Positions 36,586 to 50,452 of a stretch of 64,000 nt of DNA are shown here, piece after piece. The DNA is taken from contig DF236950.1 of NCBI GenBank assembly GCA_000708835.1, positions 287,355-351,354 of the forward strand. Reading direction: 5' to 3'. Made by a program: the position numbers and the translations under genes. The DNA comes from Klebsormidium nitens. Taxonomy: Eukaryota > Plantae > Klebsormidiophyceae. The notes under the pieces are model-generated. The model was not told the DNA's origin, did not search any database, and saw only the letters and a program-made list of their open reading frames with translations. Within the stretch, counting starts at the first letter, position 1. Each line of letters begins with the position of its first letter.

Positions 36586-39500
36586 CTAAGTAACCACTTT
36601 CTGCTCCAACTGCCTCAACTGTTGCTCCATCTCGTCAACCCGCTGTGCCATTCCCCGGTGCTCCTCTCTCACTGCGAGAAGCTCCTCCTCCAACTCTTCC
36701 TTCTCCTCTTCGATCGTCTCCAAGCGCTCCAGCTGCCGGTTCAAAAAGTCCTCGGCCTGCTTCTGGGTCGCCATCGCCACTTCGTGCTGCTTGCGCTCCT
36801 CCTCTAGTTGCGCGCGCGCGCGCTCCTCTGCCTCTCGCAGGCGCGTCTCGAGGGCCTTCACCTTCTCCGAGCTCGCGCCCGTATCTTTCGCGGCCTTCTC
36901 GAGATCTTGCACCCGGGCCTTCACCGACGGACTTCTCACGAGGGGGGTTCTCTCCGCTTCCAACTCGCGGACCCTTTTCTCCGCCACCTGCAGCTTGGCC
37001 GCCGCGTCCGCGACCCGTTTCTCCGCTTTTCCAACGGACTCCCGAAGCTCTGAGCCCAGCTGCTGCGCCCGCGTCTCCGCCGTTGCGATCTTTGTCTCCG
37101 CCGCCTCCAGCGCTTCCTTCAGACCGCCCGCGTTATCACTCTGTTCCGCCAACGCCTTCTGCAGCTTTTGGATCTCCGTCTCCAAGTCTACCCTCTCCTT
37201 CTTCAATTCCGACAACTCCGCTGCCTGCTTACGACCCTCTTCCGATGTGCCCTCAGCTTCTGTCACCTTATCCACAGATCCATTCCGAGCCCCGACTTCC
37301 GCCTTCTCCAGCAACTTCCGAGTCTCCACTAGCTCGGCCCTCAAGTCTTCCAGTTCTGCCAAACCCTCCCTCGCTTCCGCCAACTCTCTTTCCAGAGCCT
37401 CGACTCTTTCCGCCGCGCCCGCCTCCTTCTTCAGCCGCTCCACCTCCCCCTGTAGCAGCGTCACCTCCTTCGCCGCCTCGTCGCACGCGTTCTTCCAGAC
37501 GGCCGACTCCTTCTCCAACCGCTCCACGGCCTCCCGCTTCTCCCGCTTTGCATCGTCCACCTCCCGCTGCAAGCCCTTCCTCACTTGGACCGCATCCGCT
37601 ATATCTTTCTGCAAACCCTTCACTTTGGTAGCGCTTTCCGTTGCCCCTCGTTTCAGCGTTTCAAGCTCGCGCTGCCAGCCCTTGGCCTCCTCCGTCTCGC
37701 GCTCCAGCTTTTTTATGAGCCCGTTGCTGCTCTGGAGCTCGCGCTTCAAGCTGTCGAGGTCCTTGAGCTTGCCGCGGTTGTCCTCGATCTCCTTTTGCAG
37801 CTTGATTGCCCGGCTGGCCGCGATGCTCAGCTCCTTCTTCACACCGTCCAACTCGCGCTGCGAAAACGAACCGGCGACCATTACATGCTAACCGGAGTGT
37901 TAACTTGTCCGATTTTTGATCATCCATTCAGATTCAGATCCTTAGGAAGAGCATGCGTGCCAGGTAATGTTCATTGTTCGTGAGCATCGCGCTTATTGGG
38001 ATCTTAGGATTTTGTTGCCTCTTTGAGACCAATCTCGTCCAAGAGGAACGAATTACCCTTGAAGCCGGAAGGGCGAGGCAGCACGGATGATGTTCAGACT
38101 GCAAACGCCGCAAGAAAAGCCCACTTGCTGTCCTGCCAGGCCTGCACCTTTTTGAAGGCCACAAGGTTGTACGTTAAAGACGGAATGAACATAAAAGGTT
38201 TACGAAACTTGGTAGATGCTTTGTCTTCGCGAGGCAAGCGGATCACTTGTTGCACGCACCTGGACGGTCTTCCTCTCCTCGGCGTACTCCTTCTCTAGGT
38301 TGCGGACCTTCCCGCGCGCGTCATGCAGCTCCTGCTTCACCGCGTCTAGTTCCTTTTGCCGTGCCCGGGGGCTCTCTTCCTTCGCCAGCAGCCGCAGCTG
38401 GCCCCGCGCCTCCAACAGTTCCGCCCGCAGGAAGTCCGTCTCATCCACCTTGGCCTTGCTCTCCGCCGCCTGTGTCTCCAGCTCGTCGACCCGGATCTTG
38501 GCCGCAAAAAGCTCCGCCTCTAGTTCCCCCTTGAATCGAGTCGCCTCTTCAGAATCAGCCTCCGCCCGCCGCAGCTGGTCCTGAAGATCAGAGACCCGGT
38601 TCTCATTGTCGGCAGTGACCCGGTCGAGCTCCGAGCGAACGATTTCTAGCTCTGCGGCCCGCCCCGAGCTCTGGAGCAGCTCGATGTTGAGCAACTCGAT
38701 CGTGCCTCTGGCTTCTTCTAACTCTTCCTGCAGGGCCGCGACCTCCGCTTTAGAATCGTCACCTTGGTCCTGGCTCTCGCTAGCCACTTGGGCCTCCAAC
38801 TCCGAGACCCGTTTCTCAAGAACCGCGCGCTGATCGCCGTCCGCTTTCTGGGCGCTTTCCGCGCTCTCAACCGTCTTCCGAAGCTCGCCCACCTTTCCTT
38901 CCAACTCTTTCATCGCCGCTCGCTCTTTTTCCAGCTCCACGAGCGCCGCCGCGGCCCTCTCCTTCGCGCCCGCCTCCGCCGTTTCGAGCTCTTTGCTCCG
39001 CTGCTTCGCGGTCTCCAACTCCTCCGTCAGCTTTTCTAACCCGGCCTGCTTCTCGTCGACCAAGTTCGAGAGCCGTGAGGCTTCTGACTCGAGGTCTGAC
39101 AATCTGCTGGCCACTCCCTTGACCGCCTGGGCCACTTTCACGTCCTTGAGCATTCCCCCGTTGGGTTTGTTCTCAGGAGAGGTAGGCGGCTGCGAGCTTG
39201 ACCTCGGCAGGACTGACTTTGGGTCGCGCACGGTGTCGCCCAGCTTCTCTTGCAGGAGCTGGAGGGTGTCCGTCTGCGAAGCACGCTCTTGCGCAACAGC
39301 CGCCTGCGGAAGACACGAGGCTTTGTGGATTCGGAGTGTACTCAGGGGATCACCAACACTTCTTCAGCTTTTTGATCTGTGCAGAATCTTGCACTCAGTT
39401 GTTGCCCCTCCCTGTTACTCTGTTCTTGGATCCGAGGATCTTCCAGAAAGAGAACCAGGAAATCAACCTTGTTTGGGCCCTGCTTCCAGATATAGAATCT

Positions 39501-42500
39501 GCCGAAATCAGGAGTCGGATCCTCAAGAAGTACTTCCGACGTTGGGTCCACTTTGACGAACGTACTTTTACTGAAAGATTCACAAGAGCGTACGACTAAC
39601 CGTAAAAACTCAGAAAAACGCATGTAACAAAGCAAAAGTTCTTGGTCCAGTCGCTCTGACTATTTCAAGGATACAACACCAGAAGTCTATCTACAACGTA
39701 AGATTTTCGACTCAGCAAGAGTGCCGTTCAGGCCTTTGGATGCCAATTCACGAGGGTGCCGAGTCGAACGCACGCAACTCGCCGAGCCCTGCTTTCGACA
39801 CAGATTTACGGCATGTATACGTCAACTCGTGAAGGTGGGCTTTTCTGCTCCATAAACTTTCTTACAGCGACAGAGATTAGAGAACCTCCGGGGTAAGGTG
39901 CAAGGCCGGAGGCCCATAAGAAGCTATCGCAAAAACAATGGGAACTGATGAGCCTTGTTGCATTTAGATTGATTTCACTGCATTGGCTTTGGAAGGCATG
40001 AAACGGCCGTACTAAAGTAACAGTCTGCAAACCAACTCCCCCTCTGCATAAGGTCGGGGTAGATTGACCACCGATTGAAGAAAATCACCGTAATCGAGTA
40101 GGCGTGACTTCTTGAGAGATCGACGGGCAAGTCGTTCTCGAAACTGCGACGAGACAAACTTCCAAGAAGACACTTGAGTCCGCAGCACCCGGCGGCTTGG
40201 AAGGAACCTCGTCTTGTTTACAGGAGCAGGGATGTAGATCATAAGGTTTAGGATCAGTGGGGCACAAGTTCGGTCTGCAGGAAGCTGACGACTTTGAACA
40301 AGTTCCCGAGAAACAAAATAGACCTCACCTCTGCAGTCTTGAGGGCGACCTGCAGCTCCTCTATCCGCTGAAGCGCCGCCTGATGCTCTTCGCTCACAAT
40401 CTTGAGCTCCGTCTTCAAGTCCACCCTCTTGTGACGCAAGTCATCCACCTGCAGAATCACAGCGGAGAATCAGCTTCGTACGTCAGATTTGCCCAGCTTC
40501 AGGGCCTGTGTATGAATATGCAATCTAATTTACGTCATCAGACCGTAACATACAGAGTGTATGCCTAGCCCTAACGCTGGCAACATTTCTCCTTGCGGCA
40601 ATCTCAGTTGAGTGGTTAACCTTGGTTAGTCCCAACCAGCTTCTGCCACGACCTTCGATGCATTCCAGACACCTTCCTCAAAGCACTTCAGAATGTTAAA
40701 GCTCTCTGCATCCTCATCGCGAGCAGTCACAAACATTGCTACGACGACTCTCGACGCACCTCGTGCTGCAGCGCCGCGTTGGCCTCCTCCAGCTGCGCCA
40801 TCTTCTCCGCGCGCTTCTCCAGAGCGGCCTTCACGTCGCTGTCGAACCGCGCCTGCAGCTTGCTCAGCTCCTTTCGAGCCGCAGCCGCCAGAGCGCGCGC
40901 CTTCTCAGCCTCGTCCAGGGCGTCGCGCTTCTCTTTCTGAGCCGCCTGCATGATCGAAAGGTCACCGGCAGTTGGCACCGGAGACCGTGCAAGATGATGG
41001 TGCTAAGGCAGATCGAAACACTTGCACTCCGGAAGTGCTTTTCGGTAGGGTTCTCGAAAGAGTCGGCTCCGACTCTCCTCCTCTACCAATTCAGGCTGAT
41101 GGTGTGTCTTAGGTCGAGACTAATCGGTCTCGGGATGGTATCTCAAGGCGGCTTGCAGGCCCAGGTTCGAAACCCCTAACAGCAACGGAAACTTGTGAGA
41201 CCCACAGTAACTTCGAAGAAGATGCGTGATCAGAGGAGGCGGGGAGCACAACCCTTCTAAGCACGGTGTTTCGGTTTGAAAGAGCTCAAGACAACAGTTT
41301 ACTATCCACTTAAAAGACAGCCACTTACCCTCACAAAGGACCTTCGTGTGACTCGTAGGTACCTCACCGAAATTTGGATCGTTAGCCGGCTAAGCACGCA
41401 ATGGTCCCAGCAAACCAAATAGCACTGACCCAGCAGCACAGACAGGCGCACTCTTGTCGCGCTTACCTGCAGTTCCCTTGCGACACCGTCCTTCTCCTTC
41501 CCCGTTGCGCCCCGCTCACTCTCCATCTTCTTCAGCTGCTCCTCGAGCTCCAGTCCCCGTGCTTTCAAAGTTTCGGCCTCCATCTCGACGCTCTTCCGAG
41601 CCCCGTCCGCCGCTGCAACGGCCTCGTCCCTTGCTGACGTGGCACTTTTCAACTGGCCCTTAAGGCCCTCAATCTCCCGCTGCGACGCTTCTTGCATAGA
41701 CGATGCGTCCTGCAATTGCTTCTCTAAGGCTTCTACTTTGGCGCGCGCGGCCGCGACCTCCGTGCGCAGTGCACCGAGCGCCTGCTCGTGTGATGACGTG
41801 GCGCTCTGGAGGTCGCTCCTGAGTTTCTCTGCTTCGCGCTGCAGGCGTTCCACCTCTGCCAGCCGTTCCTTCGAAGCAGTCTCGTGCTTCTCCGCCCTTT
41901 CCGTGAGGTCCCTGGAGACGAGCTCCTTTCTGCTGTCGCTATCCTTCTTCAATGCAGCCAGCTCCGCTGCCATTTTCTCCCTCTCTGAACCAACCTCCTT
42001 CAGCACCTTTTCCAGCCGCTCCACTTCGGCCGTAACCTTCGCCTTCTCAGCCGTGACCTTATCCACCTCGGCCAGCGCTCGTTTCCGCTCTTCGCCAACT
42101 TTCTTCTGCCCTTCGCCAGCACCGGCGTTCTGCGCAGCCTCGTGCGCCAGCCGTTCTTTCTCCGCGGTCCTCTCGCTCAGTTCCTTCTCCAGCCTCCGCA
42201 CGTCTCCCTTCAGCCGCTCAACTTCTGCACTTTTCGCCTGAGCATCTTTTACTGCCACTCCCAGCTCCGCCTTCGAAGTCTCCAACCCCCTCTCCCTCTC
42301 CGTTAGCGACTTCTCGAGCTCGTCCGCCCGCTGCCCCTTCTTCTTCCACTCTGTGAGCTCCCGTTCCAACGCCTCTTTCGCGACCTTGAAAGTACCCAGC
42401 TGCCCGACAATCTTCTCTGCTCTTTCCTCCAGCCTCGCCGCTCTCGCCCGGTCCTTGTTCTGCGCTTCCGACAGCTCCTTATGCTCGCCCTCTAGACCCT

Positions 42501-45500
42501 CCAATCGCCGAGCAGCACCCTCACCCTCCGACCTAGCTCTCTCCAGCTCTTCCTCTTTCTTCTTCAGGTCGTCGCGAAGTTCCTCCAAGCTTTCGTTCAC
42601 TTTCTGAAGCTCGGCGCTCAACGCCTTCTTCTCTTCTACCAAGCTCTCAATCTCCTTCTGCAGCGACGCCAGATGCACTTCCGTCCCTTCCTTCTCCTCC
42701 CGCAGATCGATCATTTCGCTCTCCGCCTTGTCGAGCGCACCCGCGATGCGTCCCGTCGTCGACTCAGCCGCGTCCAGCATGGACTGCAGCTGCTGCACCT
42801 GGATCGCGTAGTTGTCGCAATCCATAGAAAGTTCCCGCACCTTCTTCTTCAGCGCCTCCGTGTCCGGGCGGCTCGACGGGCTGCGCTCCTCGTACGAGCG
42901 CAGCGCCCTTTCTGCCTTCAGCGCACGCTCTTCCGCAAGCGCCACCTTCTCCTGTGGAGAAAGAATCGTGTGTTCAGTTGCTGCAAGCTTTCAAAAGGGC
43001 AAGAATTCCCTTCGCATGAACTTTTGTACACGAGAACAAAGGAATCCTATGCACAGACCGATCTTCCTCAATCGAGACCAGCAACTAGTAAGTACTGAGC
43101 CAGCCATCTCCGAAGAAAACCTGCTTCAAGGGGAAGCGGTCACAACAAGAGAAACTTTAATACCAGATCAGGTAGGCCGTTTGGGACTGTTCTGCGAAAC
43201 AGTCAGAATCTCCCAGAAGCCGCTCATTTATGCAGCTGCTCTAAACAGGCTGGTACAGCGCTTCCTCACCTCCGCGGCCTTGACGGCTGCAACCCGCTTG
43301 TCCACCTCTTCCTCCGCCTCTCTGGCCCTCTTCTTTGCGAGCAGCGCCTCCTGCTTGGCATGGTTTGCAGCCGCCTCTAGTTCCTCGACACGCTTCAGGC
43401 TCTCCGCTTCCACAAAGGCCCGGGTCTCGCGCTCCTGGTGAGCAGGAAGGTCACTTCGTTGACCCTCGAATCCTAATATGCTTCTCACAATATTAGTGCC
43501 AAGCTTAGAGACCATCCCAGGGCTGCGGAGGAGTTGCAAGGCTCTAAATACAACTTCGCAGTGCGCAACTAGTGCCAAATGAGTGGGCTCATCAGCGCCC
43601 ATGCCAGAAGATGCATCTTTCACCAACAAGTAGGCAACGAGAGTTGGCGCCCTGGACCTGCTTGCGGATAAAACGGGTTATTACCAAAGGCTTTGAAGGA
43701 ACTATTGAAGGGCTCCTCACCTGTTCGACGAGCTCCATGAGCTGGTAGCGCTGATCCCGTATCTCCTGATGCAGGTCCTCCGCTTCCTCTTTGGCGCGCT
43801 CCTTCTCCTCCTCTAGCTCCTGCACGAACCGATGAGGGCACATTCAGGGCTTTTCAGCATTTTAAAACCCTTCGTTCAATCCGACACGCCTCGTCATCAG
43901 AGTGCCCACAAGAAGATCTTATCCATCTAACTCCAACGTCAGGGGGCTTAAAAACTGCCGACGGCCAAAAGTTCTCACAAATTGACCATCATACACCAGG
44001 ATATGCACCACATGGAACTGAGCAGACAAACAGGACCCAATGTGTTCCTTCAGGCAGTCAATCTGATGATCTCGCATTCTCAACCACGTTCGACAACTTC
44101 CTACCTCGACGAGGCGCTCTAGCTTTCTCTCCATGTCCTCCCTTTCCTTGGTCAATGCCATCTCTGCCATTCTTGCGGCCTTGAGCTGACCCTGCCACAC
44201 AACGCGTGCGAAGACAACAATGAGATCTGGACTTTGAGCACAAGCAGACACATCTTAAAGAATGTATAATCAGCCAAGGTAAGAATAAGGAGCGGATGTA
44301 TAGATTGACTATAGTCGCAACTGGAGGTGAATGCGATTTCCCTTATAAAGCGTACTTAGAACCTTGTTTCGAGGTTGGAAACGCCGGCTGATATCCTGCC
44401 CGAGAAACCGGAAGACCTGCAAACACTCGGGCCTCCAACCCTTACGAGCACAAAAGCGTACCTCTGAGTCTGCAAGCGCTTTCTTGGCCTCCCGTAGCTT
44501 TGAGTCGGCTTCCCAATCGCTCTCTCGGGAGACTGTAAACGCCGGATGGACAGGTGACCATCCAGCGGCCGTTTCCCCCAACTCGACGAACTGCTGGAGA
44601 GCGTCGCTGCCGTTGCGGCTGGACTCGAAGTTGAGCCCTGCTATGGAGAGTAAGGAACATCTCAGGAAACCCGATTGTCGAAACCTCAGGAACTGCTTGA
44701 AGTCTGCTTTGCACAGGTCGTGGAGACTCCGCATTAGAACCTGAACGAAACCAGAACCCAAAATGACCGTTAACAGTAGCAGACATGACCTCAAGCTCAA
44801 AGCTAGTCCTTGTTGGAAGGAATACCTATTGTAGAAGCAAACACCTCCCTCCGACAAGCCTACGGACTCACATAAAACCCTTACCGAATGAGTGGGATGG
44901 AGACAGAGGAGGGAGCCCCGGAGGCCGCATGGGCGGCGAGCTCCCAAAGTCGCCGTTTCTGAGGAGCCTCTCGAGCTCCTGCACCCGCAGGCGCAGGTGG
45001 TCCCTCTCGACCTCTGCCTGTGCAAGGCGTGGCATATCGACGGTCCCACCAATGATGTTGTTTGCCGCGCTTCGAGCCAATTCGTCTCGGAGGCGCAGCA
45101 CCTCATTGTCGAGGCTCGAATCCTGAGGAGCGAATGGATGCAGTGAAGGTCTGGCCATCTGCTCGTCGTTAACCCTCCAAGACGTTGTTGGAGGTTCGAG
45201 AAGCTGCGATCTTTCAAAACAAGGGCAGAGAAACGTGCTCTGAGAAAGTGCAAAGACCGCTCAGGGTCCAGAAGCGGAAAAAACTTCCAAAATTGCAGAA
45301 TCGGCCCTATGTTGCCTGGTTTTGGGACTCTGAAGCCGTCTTGGAGCAGCACTTGGACCATGGAGTGACCGCATCTATTTCTGCTCAAGCTTACATAAGA
45401 ACGCGACACAAGGAGTTTGCAACAGAGCGCAGGAAGAGACCGGCACTAGACATATCAGGTCGCTTACTCGATCTTCGCTCCTGTCTGTTCCGCTGTCAGA

Positions 45501-48500
45501 CAGACGGTCATTGGAGCTGACCCGCTTCAAGATTGGGTGGTGCTTCCGGGACAGCATAAGTTGCAGGGCGTCTGAGGACCAAGACGGCGCAGGTTTTGTG
45601 AGAAGGTGACAAGAGGGTACACACGAGGGCATGTTGTTGCCTCGTGCCCAAGTGGAGGTCAAAAGAACCGGAAGATGCACTTAACTTGAACAGGCATAAT
45701 AAGGGAAAGGTACTGCAGCGACGCTGACACAAGTTACTGCGAACTATGAGGTCAATCAACCACAGATATGCATATCTGTCCTGATCTCACCGTTTTGGTC
45801 TTGGAGCGCCTCCAAGTCCGCCTCCAAGCTGGCAATCCTCTCTTCAGCTTCGCTCGGGTTCAACGGCTGAAAGGAAAGTGAGAGAACAAATCAGCATGGA
45901 TTTTGGCTATGGACAGACAGGACCGGCTGAGAGTGAGAAAATACCGTGCCTCCTGGAGAGCAAGATTCGAACTTTCAAACAGAAAGTTCCAGAATGAAGG
46001 ACTTCAAACAGAATCTGCATTAGGGGGAAGTCAAGCAGAAGGTAATAAGTCACGACTTTTGACACTGAAAGTCGCAGCAAGTTGGCTTCCAGAGCAACGG
46101 CGAGTGTGTCAGAAAACAAAGACCGTGGAATGCAACTCTTAACAGCTTCAACTCGTTATGGCCAATTGTACCAGGCTACCTCGGCATAGTTGGAGTAAGG
46201 CAGCTGCACTCACTGTGGCTGGTGTTGCCTGAGACTTCATCTGCTCTTTCAGAAGCAACTCTTCCAGGCTGTCTCGTTCCTCCGCCAACTGCACACAATA
46301 AAAGATCATTTCTTGCTCTGCTCTGCCCTTAATCAGAATGAGCCAAATCTCTCTTTAGATAAGAACTTCTAAACGAAATATCTATCTTAATCACAATCAA
46401 TGCCATCAAAAGTCAAAAGCTAGTACAAACTGACGTAGTTAAGCATTGCTCTTCAGGCACCCGCCCACCTGCTTGTTGATAGCCTCCAGTCGACCGATCT
46501 CTGCAAGGGCACCATCAAGGTCCATAGGGCTAAACGAGGTCCGGACGCTGCCTTGGTACGAGCTCTCGCTTCCAAGCTGCGCCGACAACACAAACATCAA
46601 AATCCACTCTCTTGCAAGGGGCAATCGCGGGTGACTGCTTGTAGAGGCAGGCATACTACGTGCTTCAGATTGGCGGGACACAGATCTTGTCAGATGAAAA
46701 GGCTGCAAAGCCAGCCATTTGTTGACAGACTTTGCAAGACAATCTATGCAGAGGTGGGTGTGAGGAAGCTTACGTTGCTCTCAGAAAGGCGTCGAACTTC
46801 CGACTCCAGGTTGTCTGAAAAGGAGAAACGCACTTGTTAAACCTCCCTCCTTTGAAGGAGAAAGTGGTGTAGGTCCAGCTAGTATAAAAATTGTGCAACA
46901 AGAAAAACCAGAGCATTCAACAATGAGACGTCGCTTTTGTAGCTTGTCAACAAAGCCAGAGGACACATTCATATAAGGTTGCCTACCATTGTTCCGCTTC
47001 AGAGTAGCCAATGCTTTCTGATGGAGTTGCAAGGTTTCCTCGGTCTCTGCCACTTTCTCCATCAAAGTGACGTTTGCATCTTGCAGCCTGCGATTCATGT
47101 CAGATGTTCCGCATAAGAAACATGACCAAGCAGGAATTGACTACTGAAAGGACTAAAATCGGCAGATGTCAAACTTGGTGACGATCTGCTATCACAGATC
47201 TTAGAGACAGGTTCCCCATATACTCAAGCAGGGTCAGCCATGAGCACTTCATTGCATTCCCAAGCATCGTGTTTGGCAATTGTTGAAGCTGACCTCTTAC
47301 TTTTGTTATATGCTTTTCTCATCACAGGCATGTCAGTCCAGCATTCTAAGTTAATCAAAAAATGCTCACATGATATTCTCCTTCTCAACTTCAGCAAGTT
47401 CGCGCAGGGCCACGCTTCGAGGGCTGCTAGGCATCTGGAAAGAAGCAAGGCCAAATTGGTGCCGGCACCTCATCACTCGAATAAGGAGATAGACCTCATC
47501 GATCCTCATTGTCTTTGCTCCCAGAAATCTTCCAACTGCAGAGCTAGGCTAGCCTCAGTACCGGCACACGCTTTGTTGTGCAGATGCAGATTATATGAGG
47601 AAGGCAAGTCGAACTTGAGTGAGACAAACACACATAAGGACACATGTAGACACATGGTGCTGGGCCTACCTGCTTCCGAGCAGGAGAGCGAAAGGAGGCC
47701 GAACTCCTGCAAGTGCAATAGCCACCACTTAAGCAGGATATTAGGGTGGGGCCCTGAAAATTGTCAGTTGTTCGCTCAGGGCCTCTACTTGCATTGGCCC
47801 ATGCTTTATAACTGCTCAACAACGAGAAGAGTGCTAAGAGTCATCTACAGTCAGTATGTGAAGCCCAAATGGCAATACAACGCGAAATGGCGGATACCCC
47901 CACCTGGTCTTGTCCTTCCCTTCAGTCATGTCTGCTGTGATCAGCTTCGGTCGAGAGCCCTGGAACGGCCTGCCACTGATATCCAGCCCCTCATTCCGCA
48001 GCAGCTCCGCAACAGTGGGCGGAATCTGACAAAAAAACCCTTGCAGAATAAGAGCTAAATGCAATTGAGCAAACTTATTTCCGGGGATCAGAATAGACAG
48101 ACAAATGTGACGGAGTTAGTTTCGCACCCACAAGAGCGAAGACAAGGAATCGTCCACATGACCGATTGACATGCACAATGCTGGAAAACAATGCACAATG
48201 CTAAAAGAAACTCAAGACTGTATTTAAGAGAGACTGAAAGCCTGTTAAACCACAACGCATTTGAAGTGTCACAGTTAAGCAAAAGGTTGTCTTTCTTACG
48301 AACAACGAAACCGAATCTTTTCAGATCTAAAAGTCGAAAAATGAGTTAGCCAGCAATGCTGTCTTCCAGCATCAATCAAACTACAGCACGTTTGACAGGC
48401 TTGACGGAGTGCCAACAAACAAAGGGGCAGCAAAAAGCATACAGAACAATGCCAATGTCTTACATCAGTCTACATTGCCAAAGCAAGAAGTACCCAAGAA

Positions 48501-48549
48501 ACTGCGTTTTCAAACTCACCTCCTCCTCCGAGAAGATTGTCCTACTCAT
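36586..48549 (-). CDS. Very large (~1900-2000 aa) Glu/Lys/Ala/Arg-rich coiled-coil protein, family not recognised
   Basis: Long heptad-rich exons at 36586-37880, 38250-39305 and 41455-42950, plus many small in-phase exons (e.g. VDDLRHKRVDLKTELK, ELEEEKERAKEEAE, LQDANVTLMEKVAETEE, PRSVALRELAEVEKEN). Putative first coding exon MSRTIFSEEE (ATG 48549, donor GTGAGT). The 5' part of the model is less certain. No motor, TM or other domain was recognised. Confidence 0.8.
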
Positions 48550-50452
48550 GATGCCAAGTCCTGGAATCTCCGCCTCTTTTTATGAGTGACCTGGTCTCAA
48601 CAGAGCCACCTTTCTTGCTTCAAGGATAGCAACTCTTCTATTTATTCAAACTATCTTTCATAACTGCCTAACTTGTAGTGTATCATCTGCACGGGGGATA
48701 TGAAGAGAGGATGGTGCAACCTCAATAGGGTGTAAAACCTTCTGCGCCTGGTTACAAGTGTCAGCTGCTGTATACAAATCCAACATCCCTGGCTCGGAGA
48801 GAACCCCAAGCTAATCAAGACTTGCCGCTGACCAACTTCAGAGCGTCATTCTCGCAGCCCATCGGAGGAGGGCGCCAAACATTCTGGTGTACCACCATTG
48901 AGGACATTTTCGAAAAGTGTGGCTGTTCCCTCCAAGCTTCATGGCCACATGCAGGCCCATAAACACGCGCATCCGCAGGAGGCTTCAGCAACTTCTTGAT
49001 GCAAGTTTCTGCCTGGACTTGTGACTGGAGCAGGCTGAGGAGACTCTCCAAAGTGGCGGGAATTTGCCTAGTGGACTCGCCGCTCACCGGAACTTGAGCG
49101 GAGCGCGTAAGCGGATCGGAATACCGGAATCCTGTAAAGGGGCGAAAATTTGCCGGTCAGATATTGAAGCAATGAAGGGTCTACCGTTCGTTCAGGATGT
49201 TCGGGCAAGACTCGTTCCTGCCGGGCCCTCGTTAGACTGAGGACTCCGAGAAGCAGGAGCTCCAGCAGGGCTGCCTTCTGCTCATCATGATGCGCTTGGC
49301 ATTGACATTGCCCCGACATTGCATTGTTGCGGATGATGACGTTTGCGCTCAAAGGGACTCCGGACGAGCTAGCGGCGCAAGAGAGACTGGAGAGAGAACA
49401 AGTCAACACATGACTGCCCAGACAGCGCGTACTTGGAACGGGTGCTGACCGGAAACTTAGACGTTGACGCGCCCAATGCATCAAAGTACTTATGTAAATA
49501 CCATTATATGTTGGCCAGTGACATTCGATGCAGCTTTCGCTGACTGAAATGAAAGAGCCGACAACGAGACGCCACAAGGGTCCTTCTCGCAGTTGGTAGC
49601 CCGGTGTCGTCTATAGCTGTCATGGCGCCGAGCCTGGCGCAGCTTGTCTCTTGTCCTTCCCTTCTCGCCTTTTGAGAGAAAGTATATTCGGGGGCAACAG
49701 AAAGGAGAGCTGCGAGGCCACGAACGCAAAAGTTGGTGACATGCAGCTCAGAGCTGAATAACTCAGTCTCGCCTCGCTTGAAGCTACATAAACCGACCTG
49801 GACTACTCTGAAACTTCCGTTCCTGCATGCCAAGTTCTCTTGTAAGTTCCAGCGTGTCCACTTACGATTGCAAACCAGCTTGCGGTTGACAGCCTGTAAA
49901 TCAATGTTCTCAAAAGCTGAGAATTCACGGAGGCATGAAAGAGAAGATTGTCAGCCTATTGTCAATAGTACCTTTCACCATTTCACCATGAGCAACTCAC
50001 TGGATCAGGGGTGCGGCACCCTTGGTGTGGAAAACATGCCAGGTGTGACGTACAATCATGCAAGACAAATGTGGACGGAAGGTGAGGCAACCAAGACAAC
50101 TGCAAAGGTCGGCGCAACGTCAACGTGTTGCAGTTCGTCAGCTGGCAGCTTGAGAATGAAGCAACCAGAACACTCAGCGAGCAAGAGAGCGTTTTCAGGA
50201 CCAAACTTGACCCGTTTGAAAGACATGATCCACTGCCAGGGCCAGATTGGACGGCTGGAAGCTACACGCTACACGTGAGTCCAGCGTTAGCGCTATGGAA
50301 AGCGTTGCATGCTAACGTGACTCGATGAAGTCGCTGAAAAGTTGATTGATGCACATAAGACACTGCCCTCAAAAACGGTTTGAAAGCAGCATATGGGGCA
50401 ACGTAGAACAGTCATTTCTTCTCGACCAGCTTTTTCCTCCGTATCAGCAGCT

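Noticed and set aside
36645-42241. Long plus-strand Pro/Ser-rich ORFs (e.g. 36645-37631, 36791-37891, 41639-42241)
   Set aside because: Antisense shadows of GAG/AAG/GCG-rich coiled-coil exons, which lack stops on the opposite strand.
47490-47540. Possible spliced uORF ending LEDFWEQRQ* with an AUGA stop/start overlap onto the coiled-coil ORF
   Set aside because: Splicing directly from the donor at ~47670 to the TTTCCAG acceptor at ~47434 keeps one continuous frame (SPARKQ-MPSSPRS), which is simpler. No transcript data support the extra exon.
44309-48058. 366-aa (-, 44309-45409) and 272-aa (+, 47240-48058) ORFs
   Set aside because: They run across introns of the coiled-coil gene, with non-coding composition and no motifs.
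48840-48900. VWRPPPMGCENDA resembling the WxPPPxG..N.DA start of LINE RNase H domains
   Set aside because: The spacing is wrong and there is no downstream RNase H, RT or other retroelement sequence.
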